A stretch of DNA of 64,000 bases from assembly GCA_037447605.1 (NCBI GenBank), contig CM074815.1, forward strand, positions 1,116,001-1,180,000. The letters are read 5' to 3'. The position numbers were made by a program, and so were the translations under genes. The DNA comes from Zygnema circumcarinatum SAG 698-1b. Lineage: Eukaryota; Plantae; Zygnematophyceae. Position 1 is the first letter of the stretch. Each line of letters starts with the position of its first letter. A model generated the notes under the pieces. The model worked only from the letters and a program-made list of their open reading frames with translations, made no database searches and had not been told where the DNA came from. This document shows, one piece after another, positions 54,175 to 64,000 of this stretch.

Positions 54175-54555
54175 GAAGAATACAAACTTCCTGACAAAAC
54201 TGTAATCCTTAAACTCCTTTCTTGCTACTTAATCCCTTCCCTTCCCTTCTCGTCCCTTCCCTGTCCCTCCCTTTCCTTTTCTAACTCTCAGCGAGTCTCT
54301 TGCTCCCTTCCCCTCCCTCGCCCTCCCTCGCCCTCCCTCGCCCTCCTCCGCCTGCCTTACTGAATCCTGGGGCTTTTTGTTGTTGCCCTTCTCGGCCCAC
54401 TCCACCTCCGACAACGCCTGTACGGCAAGGCCACTGTACCGTACTGTACTTGGACGTACAGTATACAGTACAGTACAGTACTGTAGTACATCCACTGTAC
54501 TTTGAGTACGGCAATGCACGGGCGTGTACGATATAGTACTGTAGTCTGTAGCCGT

Positions 54556-54779
54556 TACGAGTCTTAAGCAAAACTCACCGAATCTTCCCGCACGTGCCCC
54601 CGTACGAGGCGCTCATACGATACGATACGGTACGGTACGGTACGATTCGTACGGACATACATGAACTCTAACATAATACCGCCCGCCTATTGGTAACACG
54701 AACCTTATATTTGCAAATCCAAGATTTTCGCCCCATATGTGCCAAAACCATGGCGAAAATATGAGGGCTGTCTACTGTA
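54556..54779. mobile_element. Second, partial copy of the TIR element family (right arm) between NUP155 and COG2
   Basis: 54660-54717 matches 34843-34900 at 53/58 nt. TAGCCGTTACG, GCAAAACTCACC and GAGGCGCTC are also shared. It ends AAAATATGAGGGCTGTCTACTG|TA. The left TIR is not recognisable and is replaced by a TACAG/GTACT array at 54430-54550. Confidence 0.75.
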
Positions 54780-54986
54780 GTTGGAATTGCTCCTCCAAGG
54801 ACTGCAAGCATCAACAACTACACACCATGAAGTGAAGCACCTCACTGCAAGCTTGAACACTACAACTCTGCCAAACCAATGTCTTGTGACACAATACTTA
54901 TATGACTATTCTATTCAGCTGAAAGCACACCCCAATAACTTACTATCAAGCAATTTAGCGTAGTACAGCACCCTTTGGTTCCCCTT

Positions 54987-55065
54987 GTTGTTGTTAATGT
55001 CCATGGTGTTGTTATAGTCCATGTTGTTGTTATCGTCCATGTTGTTGTTATTGTCCATGTTGTCG
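54987..55065. repeat. 18-bp tandem repeat, ~4 copies
   Basis: GTCCATG(G/T)TGTTGTTAT(A/C/T) at 54999, 55017, 55035 and partially at 55053. Confidence 0.9.
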
Positions 55066-55372
55066 TTTTATGGCACCGCATCCATCGTGCGACGAATGAC
55101 AAATCAAGCTGAGGGGCCTCCATTCAAACCACATTAAAATAGTCGAGCACCTGCCAATCGCCAATCGCCACGTGTACAACTTTTCCGACGTGACATATTC
55201 TCAATTGGCGGAGACTTGACCAGAGCCAGCCAGCAAATTTGGCTGCTCCTGCAAAAGTTCGCTGGAAGAAGCTTGGATTGAAGCCATGGCGGAGGGCGAG
55301 CAGTGGGCGAGCCCTGCTCTCGTCTGATCGTGGAACTCACCGCTGCCTTCTCTGTGACCACCATCCTCGGCC

Positions 55373-58300
55373 ATGGCGGTGGAGGATGAAGCGCGGCAGC
55401 ATCCTGCGGCCAAACCGAGCAGTGTCGCGGCACTCTTTGGCGTCGACTCGGATTCGCAGGTAAGGACGACTGAAGGAGCCTGGAGGGAGGAGGTGAGGAA
55501 GGAAATGGTTGAGAAACTTGTTTCTGCGGAAGCTTCTTTCAGGGGGGATTTGATGGAGGGATGGTGGTGGCCTGGTCTTGCAGCCACTGTGGTTCAAGAA
55601 AGATGCTTTTACGGAAAGCACATTTGACAGCGAGGCGTACGTTGCCGATCTAAGACGCTATGTTCCTTTTGAAACATTAAAGACTGAGCTGAAGAGTCAC
55701 CTGGCTGCTTTGAAGAGCGAGCTTGTCGAGCTTATCAACCGCGATTACACCGACTTTGTGAACCTCAGCACCAAGCTTGTAACTCCAATCAAGCTCTATG
55801 CTCCTCATTGATCTGCATGATTTTGATCTGTCGCCGTCGATCTGCATGGCTTGTTTGGCCGAAATCACGAAATGTAGCATTGTCAAGGAGTATCTTCGTC
55901 GTACTGTGAACACATCCTGTAGCTTGAAGACGTCTCATTCCGAAGGCGAAATGTATTTGTGCAGGTAGATGTTGATGGGGCCGTTCTTCGTATGCGAATG
56001 CCGCTCAATGATCTTAGATTAAAGCTGCTGGCTATTCGAGAATCCGTGGCAGCAGCCCTTATGGCCCTACAGGGGGGCCTTGAGCGCCGGGCAGAAGCTT
56101 CTGCAGCACGGCACACGCTAGAGCTCCTGTTAGATACATCCCATGTCCTTTCCAAGGTAAGCATCATCAGAGTTTTGTTTCCTTTTGAGCAGGATGTGGC
56201 CTCACCCAGTTGCACAAGTTTCTGAAGGGTTGAACCATGGAGTGCAGGTAGAGAAACTCCTGCTGGAACTTGAGGGTATGGCCGCTGAAGATGGCCGCTC
56301 AGCTGAAGCAGCACTTGATAAAGCCCCTGTCAACTTAGACGGATCCTCTGTCCTGAGAGAGGCGGGTATGGATGGCAGTAGTGTTGGAATGGGGTTTGAA
56401 GAATCTCGCAGCCGCTTGCTGGAGCGCATTGCTAGCGAGATGAACCGTTTGAAATTCTATGTCGCTCGTGCACAGGTACGGCTGCACCCGGACCACACAC
56501 CTTCCGTATAGAATTGTCATGAATGGAGCGTCAAATATGGCTTTTTCTCATTTCATCAGAAGAACAGGTTGCTTCCAGGCTCACAAGATATGCCAGTCTC
56601 CTTTTGTTTCCTTTTTGAACTTACTCCAACTTTGAACCTCTCCGCGATCGTTGTTTGAATCAAAGGGTGCCTTCGGCCATTGTAGATAAATTAAGGAGAT
56701 TGAGAGACCTTGCGATTGTGGAAAGTGACTTGCAGGACTTGCCCTTTGTACAAGCTATGGAAAAGCGTATACGTGCAGCAGACGAAGCATTAGCGGCGCA
56801 GCTTCGCCAGTGTTTGAAACATGGCTTGGAAGGGAGAGATGCGGCTGTCCTCTACCACTGCCTTCGCGCCTACGCGGCTCTTGACAATACCGTTGGAGCT
56901 GAAGAGGCATTCAGAGCAGCCGTTGTGGCACCCCAGGTCGCACTTATTTTGCCAACTTTGCCTTCAAAGAGTTCTGGCACTCAAGCTGGAAGCGATATGT
57001 TGGCGACAACATACTCTGAGTTGGAGCGCCATGTGGAGGAGGATTGCCGTTTTTTGCTGAACTTGGCATCTGCGGGTAAGGCACAAGTCAACGTTTCTTG
57101 TGGCTCTGTATGCTCAACTACAGAGATATGGTAGTGACGCACTGATTAGTATGCAAGAACAGTGGACCTTTGTTATTGAGAACCTGCGGATAGTGATCTT
57201 GTAGGTGATTGCCTTTGGCGTGTTTGGTCGGATAATCTCGTGTTAGAAGAATTGCATGGCTTAGTGCACGTGCATTTTCTGGGTTACAGCGAGCCGCAAA
57301 AACAATTCTGGCAGTATGCATTAAAAAGGGACTGCATTCTAGACCTATCGCGATGGAAAAAAAGCTACCTCTTTTGCCTTATCGTCTCACCCTTACAGTC
57401 ACAATCATTACGTTTGGCAACTTCGCCGAATAATCATGCGTATTATCATCGACCGGGCAACCATAGCAATGTAGGATTTTTGGTTGGCATATCAAGTGGC
57501 GATTGATGAGCTTAATTCTTCTCGACTATGAATGCAGCAAATTCTGGACTCCATTCCTTTAATTTCTTGAGCAATAGTATTTTGCGAGAGGTTCATCTGG
57601 CCATTCAGCGCAGCCGGCCGGGCGCCTTCTCTCCCGGGAAGCCAGAGGAGTTTTTGGCAAACTACAAGGCCAGCCTCAATTTTCTTTCATTCTTGGAAGG
57701 TGCACTTCTTGCTCTTGGTGGTAATTCGTAGAAACATCTAAAAGGCATGGAAATGGATGTACTTGGAGAATCAACAGCCACTTTGCTTTAGTCGAGCTTT
57801 ATAGCATCTTATGCTACAAGTTTTGGACCTTCCTAAAGGTGCTTTCTAGCATGTTTAATTTGGACTAAGAGTTTAAGCTTATTGTCAAGCTCAAAGATGA
57901 TCATGCATGATGTCAAATTGAAAGTAGAATAGTTTAGTTGATCGCACATCGAACTGACACTGAAGAATGCGGAATCCCCTTCCCCCCAATGGTTAGTTTG
58001 TATGGTGCTAACGATAGATTCTCCCCGTCACACCTTTCTTTTTCTTTTGTGTTTACTTCCCACCTTTTATTGCTTTGAATTAGCACGGCTTGAGCCTCAG
58101 TCCAGCAACAATTGAAATTACACACTTCAACTGTTCCATCCGGATGCTTCCTGTTTATTTGCTAATTGATTTTTAATGAAACTGAAATTAGCCAAATAGG
58201 TGATTGAAAAGCGACAATCTTATTTTAAATACACCTGCGGTTTGTTCCATATATTCAATAATGGGAAGTTTTATTAAATGACACTTTGGTAGTCGATAAT

Positions 58301-61175
58301 TCTCTAGATACTGCATTTCCATCTGCATTGCTCCCAGGATACGTAGAGCTGGACATGCTTGTCAGACTATCATTCTCGTGCCTATGAACTCTCGTATTGA
58401 TTTATAGCTCTGTTCCTGGTTAGCCCCTCGTGAAAATGAAGAATACCTGTCCCGACTTTGGCTTCTCATCAAGCATTGCGGAACTATGTGTGCATGCCAA
58501 CAGGGTATTGCCATTCAAAGGCAACTGTTTTGGCATTCCGGCAGCATCCAGCCTATGTGGACTTCATGAAACAGTGGAATCTGGGTGTCTACTTTAACCT
58601 CAGGTGTTCTCTCCCTCAACTGTTTGGGGTGTAATTAGCCGTAGTGAAGGACTCTAATGCCAGACAGAGTAACATGGAACACTGGAGGGAAAGCCTTTTT
58701 GCATTGCATGTGGAAACTGTAACTCAGTTTCAGTCACTTGATGCACTCTCCTGCAGAAGCAACGCAAGGGCTGAGTGGCTCATTTTGCGACTCTGTGCAG
58801 CTTCTTCTGGTGGGCGGCAGGTTTCGGGAGATAGCAGGGGCGTTGGATTCAGCACTTAATGCACCTGTTGCAGCAATTTCTATTGCTGGAAAAGCAGCAA
58901 GAGTGGGGCCAAACTTGGCCCTGCAGGCGAGTTGCGTCCTATGGGACAGTCTGCTTCGTTGCTGGCATGAAGATGTCTACATCTCCAACGTGTCTGACAA
59001 ATTTTTGCGACTCACCCTCCAGTTGTTGTCAAGGTGAATGCCTGTGATCTGGATATTGCATTTGTTGGCCAGTAGCCAGATTGCATATCGTAGTATAGTA
59101 TCTCAAATGCTATGATTTTGAGCTGATCTTGCTGGTGGATCGCAGGTACACAGCATGGTTGGATGCTGGTTTGACTGCAAGGAAGGCACCGCAGTCAGGT
59201 ATAGCAGGTGGCGAATGGGCATTGGCCGCTTCCGCAGAGGATTTTGTTCTGGTGAGTTCTACGACACGTAGCAGAAATACTGCATTTTGCATGGTGAGCC
59301 TTGTTTTCTGAATGAATTCATGCACTCACAATGTGCAGGTTTTGTTTAGTCATGTGCTTGGAAGATATACCTACCGAGCTAAGAATGACATTTTGCCTGT
59401 TGATGATGTTTCAGGTTCGACATGATGTGGAGGTGCTGGCAGCTGCAGTTGAAAGTCAAGAACTTGCCGGCAATCTCTCGCTGTGTCTTGGCCCTGCTGT
59501 TCCTGCAGAGGTTCAAGAGATTGCTCGGCGTATCGTGGTGGGAGCAGGGCAGAGCTTGCTGCAGCGAACTCGGGCCATTTCAGACGTGCTTACTGATGTA
59601 GTGGCAGAAAAATGTGTGGAGGTAAGTTTAAACATATGGGGGGCTCTCACCAAATGGGGGGTTTCATTAGGGGCTGAGTTATATGGTGTCCAAATGCTGT
59701 TGTTTTCATGCGGCCACTGAGTTTCGGAGAACGTCAGCATGATGCTTGTTTATGACTAGGTCTTGACACTGCAGCAGAAGTCTATTTCTGAGCTTGCAGG
59801 CCTGAATTAGGGGAGAAATGATCGGAGAAAGCACTGAGTGTGTGCAGTATATGCAGCGTGTGCGCTGCTTCTTTTTTTGCCACTCTCCTGTTGGTTGAAT
59901 TCTCAGTCCCAGGTGGGCTTATCCAGGATTCTTTGCTCTGCTTGTTTTACTGATGAAGGTGTTGGCGTTCCACTCGGTGATTTGGGATTGCAGGTGCTCC
60001 GTCAGCTCAAAGGTATCACGGCAACATATCGTATGACAAATAAGCCGCTACCTGTTCGGCATTCACACTATGTAGTTGGAGTTCTTCAACCGCTCCGGGT
60101 ATGACCGGATAATGCCCCTCCTTATTTGCCAAATGTTGGAGCCACCACTACGTTATTCAGGCAATTTTCTGAATTCTCATTAGGTCACTTCCAGTAATGT
60201 GTTCCCTGTTATTATGGCAACAGGCGTTTATTGAAGGGGAGCGGGCAGCCTGCTTGAAGGAGGAAGCGCGGTCTGAGTTGGTTGTGTGGGTCGTGGAACG
60301 TGTCACTTCCCGCTATGATGACATGGCAAGAGAGCTTGTCTCTATGGTGAGTGCGACCCTTGCGTGCTCAGGCAGAGTTGGTAAAGCAGCAATTTAACCT
60401 ATTCAGGCTTCTGCTTCGGAGTTCCAATACTTATTTGCTGAAGGGAAGGACTTCCGTTTCTATTATGTGCAGGCACGTAAAACGGAATCGTCACTAATCC
60501 GGTTGAGAAGAGATCGGCGTGGGGCTACAGCGGACTCCGGTAGCTCCAATGTCTCTGACACAGACAAGATCACGATGCAGTTGTTCCTGGATGTGCAGGT
60601 GACAACCCCTGAACACTGCCACTGATTCTTTTACTGACTCTGCTCACTAGACCAGGCCTTCCAAAGCTTACCTATGTACAGTCTTACCACCCCGTTGTAC
60701 TGTAGTTGATTGAGATCAGGAGCGACCTTTTTACTTGCATTTTCATAACCTCCCCCCCTCCCTCTCTCTCCCACTCTCTCTCCCCCCTCCCTCCCTCCCT
60801 TTATCTCACTCCCTCTCTCTCTCTCTCTCACCCCCTCCTCCGTTTCTCCCTCTCACTTTTTCCCTCTTTCTTTCTCCCACGCTCTTTCCCCCTCTCTTTC
60901 TCCCTTTCTTTTTCTTCCACTCTCTCCCTCTCCCTTTCCCTCTCCTCCCTATCCCTCTCTCGCTCCTTCCCCTCTCCCACTCTGTCTCCTTCCCCTCTCC
61001 CTCTCTCTCTCTATCCCTACATCTCACCCTCTCTTGCGGACTACATGTTGTCCTGTTGTCACAGGAGTATGGGCGACAATTGGCTCGTGTTGGTGTGAAG
61101 GCGGCAGATGTGGCTCCGTATCTGTCGCTGTGGCAATGTGTGGCGCCCCCTGACCGTCAAACTGTGGACCTCTAG
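55373..61175 (+). CDS. COG2: Conserved oligomeric Golgi complex subunit 2 (exons include 55373-55459, 55584-55778, 55965-56156, 56248-56475, 56736-57075 ... 61065-61175)
   Basis: PLWFKKDAF...FDSEAYVADLRRYVPFETLKTELKSHL...ELVELINRDYTDFVNLSTKLVDVDGAVLRMR, LLERIASEMNRLKFY, QLKGITATYRMTNKPLPVRHS, SDTDKITMQLFLDVQEYG and YLSLWQCVAP match plant COG2. Confidence 0.96.
60740..61035. repeat. (CT)-rich polypyrimidine tract in the last COG2 intron
   Basis: About 300 bp of near-exclusively C/T sequence. Confidence 0.85.
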
Positions 61176-61373
61176 AGGATGCGATGCAAGGCAGCGACCA
61201 GCTCCGTGTGCAGTTTGTGCCGTAGGCAATCAGCATGGGATTCTGGAGCCACGCGGCAATGTCAAAATTTTGATTTTCTCCGCCTCCTGGCCTGGGCTTT
61301 CGCACGGCTCGCTGGTGTTACAAATTTGCCAATTCTTAACTTTACCTTGTCTGTGCCTTTTTTAGATTGAGAG

Positions 61374-61444
61374 AAACAAAGGCAGCTAAGCCCCTCATGC
61401 CAAGCCCTTCATGCCAAGCCCCGCGCCTAGAGCGTGCCATGGTC
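61374..61444. repeat. Short dispersed duplicate of NAA25 coding sequence (source 62624-62684)
   Basis: AAACAAAGG(C/A)AGC(T/C)AAGCCCCTCATGCCAAGCCC...CG(C/T)GCCTAGAGC...GCCATGGTC occurs at both places; the 61.4-kb copy has an extra internal 14-bp duplication. Confidence 0.8.
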
Positions 61445-61802
61445 CTCAAGCTTCAGATTTTCTTTCTTGTTTCACATATTTTAGGCTTTTGTTCACACGG
61501 CGTTAGGAAGGTTAGGAGTGTCCCAAGAAAGGACGAAGGAAAATATTAAGTTCTTTTCTCTCCCCCGAGATAGGAAAGGCAAATTCTCGGCTCTCCGCCA
61601 GCCATGTGCTGCCCGCGTCGCCCATCCATCGCTGGACAGCGCCAGCTCGTTTGCCGAGGAGGCTGCCCAAAAAGGCTACCGTACTCCGTTCTGCGACCGT
61701 TGGGCGCATATTATGGGAACGCGGTTTCTTCCTGGGCCGTCCGACGGACCATCGGAGGGCCCAGTTCGGCCTTGTCGACAGCCCGTGGAACAGCCCCCGT
61801 TT

Positions 61803-61975
61803 TGTATCCTGAGAAATCGTACCGCGATGTACCCTGAAATATTATACCACAATGTATCGTCTTGTAGTGTTCTAAAGTTCATTTTGCGGTGTATCTTGAA
61901 ATATCGTTTCGCGATATGAATCCTAAATTATCGTTCCACGGTGTTTTCCAAAACATCGTTCTGCGGTGTATCTTA
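61803..61975. repeat. Degenerate ~25-bp minisatellite (AAATATCGTTYYGCGRTGTATCYT-like), ~6 copies
   Basis: Recurrent ATCGT...GCG(A/G)TGTATC(C/T)T units. Confidence 0.6.
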
Positions 61976-62120
61976 ATCGTGATCCACAAGCTGTGATCGG
62001 TCCTTGATCACAAGATCTTGATGTTGCTGCTCGTCGGAATGTTCTTGGATACTCCACTCAGCAAGAGAACACATCAGTGGAGAAATTTGACGGCCTCCAG
62101 AGAAGGGCTCTGAGGAACCA

Positions 62121-63897
62121 CTAAGAATTTATTTTCTTCAGCAATTTGGCCCTTAGGGCCGCCACATCATACACATGGTTTGCTACTATCCGCTGACTCT
62201 GCACCATCTTCTTCGCGACGTCTTCTAAAGCGTCCATCCCTCCCGCAAGCTTCAGGGACGACCCCGCTCCCAGCTCCCTCAAAAGGGCTCCTGGCGCCAC
62301 TTCCCAAGGAAGAGCCCTTGCCCCTTCTCCCTCTATGGAACTAGTTCCGTTAAACTGCGCAGGCTGGAGCACAGTGGACCATGCTGCCACCTCCGCTGCC
62401 ACAGGCTGAGCGAGATAGTACTGTAGGAGGGAGCATATGCTGTCAAGGCTGTTGCCTGCAGCTTGTGCCAGCTCCTTCAAGGCCTCCTGCGCCTTCCGAG
62501 CAAACATCCCCAATCCTTCTGCTGCTTTATCGACCGCTTTCGTCTTCTTCTTCTGCACAGTCGCATCCTTCAGCGAGCTGTTCCAGTGCCGCAGAAGGAG
62601 TCCCAACCATGCCGTCTGGTTCAAAACAAAGGAAGCCAAGCCCCTCATGCCAAGCCCCGTGCCTAGAGCTTTGCTGCCATGGTCTCCCTCCTGTTCCTCT
62701 GAATGTGAAGCAACAGCTAAACCTTTGTCCGCCTTGATTGACAAAGCAGTCATTCCACCAGTCCACTCCCTTCCTCCCACGTGGTGTGCCCCATCAATAT
62801 TCACTACTGCAGCCTTGCACAAAGTCTCCACTGCCTCTTTCAGGAGCTCCTTGATGCCCATCAGCTGCATAGTGAAGGCATCTCCTGCTGCCATTGCAGC
62901 TTCAGGAGTGTGACTTAAGTCGGAAGCCGCATCAAGGAAGGTCGCGGCAGCTGCAAAAAGTTCCGCATCCAGCAGCTCCAATGTGGGCGGCCTCCCTTCC
63001 TGCCATCCCTTCCCCACGAGTTGTGTTAGCCCGGAGCACCTCCAAGACCTACAACATCCGAGGTTGACTTACAGCAACAGGTCTACTCTCTCATACTAAT
63101 CTCTAGCAGCAGGGGTAATACCCAATAACCACATAAAGTGCACCATACCTGCTCCTCCAACCCCAATTTTCCAGGATCTGATAAGGAAGAATGCGGCAGC
63201 GTCGGGTTTAAGCCTGAGAGATGGCTCAGCCTCTTGACCAAATCCTGTAGCTCCTCACCATCCTCACGCTTGCCCCCCTCCAACTGCAAGGCCAATGACA
63301 TCAGTCGTGGAAGCAGGCAACGCTTCGTCACGGCTCGACGCATTTCTTCATGCCTTCGCTTCCATAACGTCTGCAAACCCACATAGTCCTCAAGAGAATT
63401 AGGTTTGGAGTAGTTCCTCTCATCTATTTCTGAAATCCAAGCTTTGAATCCTCTCGACTTACCTCATCCTGCAGCTCATGCCAAGATAGGTTTCTGCCAG
63501 AGCTCTCCCACCAAACGCCTGCATGTGCCCCACTCCCTCCACTACCATGTCTCAAGAGCGGCAGCGGTAACCTCTAATACAGAGCAGTTTTTGTCGATGC
63601 ACATAGCTACTTTGCTTCCCAAAAACAGCCCGCACCAGTTAAAAGATGAAGCTCGGTTGGAGCAGGCCACCACCATCGGCGTGTAGAGAAATCCTCTGTG
63701 AAAACCAACTTCTCCATGTTGCTTTGTGATACCCACTCAAGAGGTGTCTTCCCAAACTTGAGCTCGCCAAGCAGAATTTTAACTTTTTCGGCATTATCTG
63801 CTTCCTCGCTGATGGAGACGAGGTGGCCTTCAATGCGCATGAGGAGGTTGGGATGGGACCTTTGCAGAGTATCTCGAAATTCCACAAACTCCAAAAT
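62121..63897 (-). CDS. NAA25: NatB N-terminal acetyltransferase auxiliary subunit, 3' part; exons ~63636-63897, 63463-63518, 63149-63370 and a final exon ending at 62121
   Basis: ILEFVEFRDTLQRSHPNLLMRIEGHL...LVFTEDFSTRRWWWPAP...MRRAVTKRCLLPRLMSLAL resembles plant NAA25/TCU2 (IEFVQFKQRLQHS...FNEDMQTRPWWTP...RKSLLPRMIYL). The 5' portion is outside the window. Confidence 0.82.
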
Positions 63898-64000
63898 CTG
63901 ATATACCCTCAAAATCCCATTTCCCGACCGACTCAGGCGCCTCTGCCGAAAGATGGGACTGCTCTATTTAATAATTGATTATCCACTCTAAAGAGTTGTC

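Noticed and set aside
54505-54540. CGGCAATGCACGGGC resembling a plant Helitron 3' consensus
   Set aside because: No terminal CTRR and imperfect hairpin; it lies in a low-complexity TAC-rich array.

Overview
Intron-rich eukaryotic nuclear DNA from a green plant. A streptophyte alga or early-diverging land plant is inferred from the EG16 gene and from plant-like but divergent NUP155, GCP5 and COG2; no taxonomic search was run. Gene order: the 3' part of a CREG-like gene (+); two tandem hydrophilic LTI65/RD29/CAP160-like stress-protein genes (+); a large acidic disordered-protein gene (-); an intact six-exon GH16 gene of EG16 type with a signal peptide, a Pro/Thr/Ser linker and a ~1.2 kb (GA)n intron (-); SRP receptor alpha (-); a TA-flanked TIR (Tc1/mariner-pogo-like) element enclosing a degenerate Ty3/gypsy LTR retrotransposon and a 10-N assembly gap; GCP5 (-); NUP155 (-) head-to-head with COG2 (+), with a second partial TIR element between them; and the 3' part of NAA25 (-). 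The most interesting observations are three. First, dense ABRE/G-box plus DRE/CRT clusters lie upstream of the three hydrophilic-protein genes, suggesting a local dehydration-response cluster. Second, the EG16 has a predicted secreted, linker-bearing architecture. Third, a retroelement is nested in a MITE-like element, and this family sits twice in housekeeping promoters. Exon models were built by hand from GT/AG sites and phase compatibility. No CRISPR, rRNA or tRNA was supportable.
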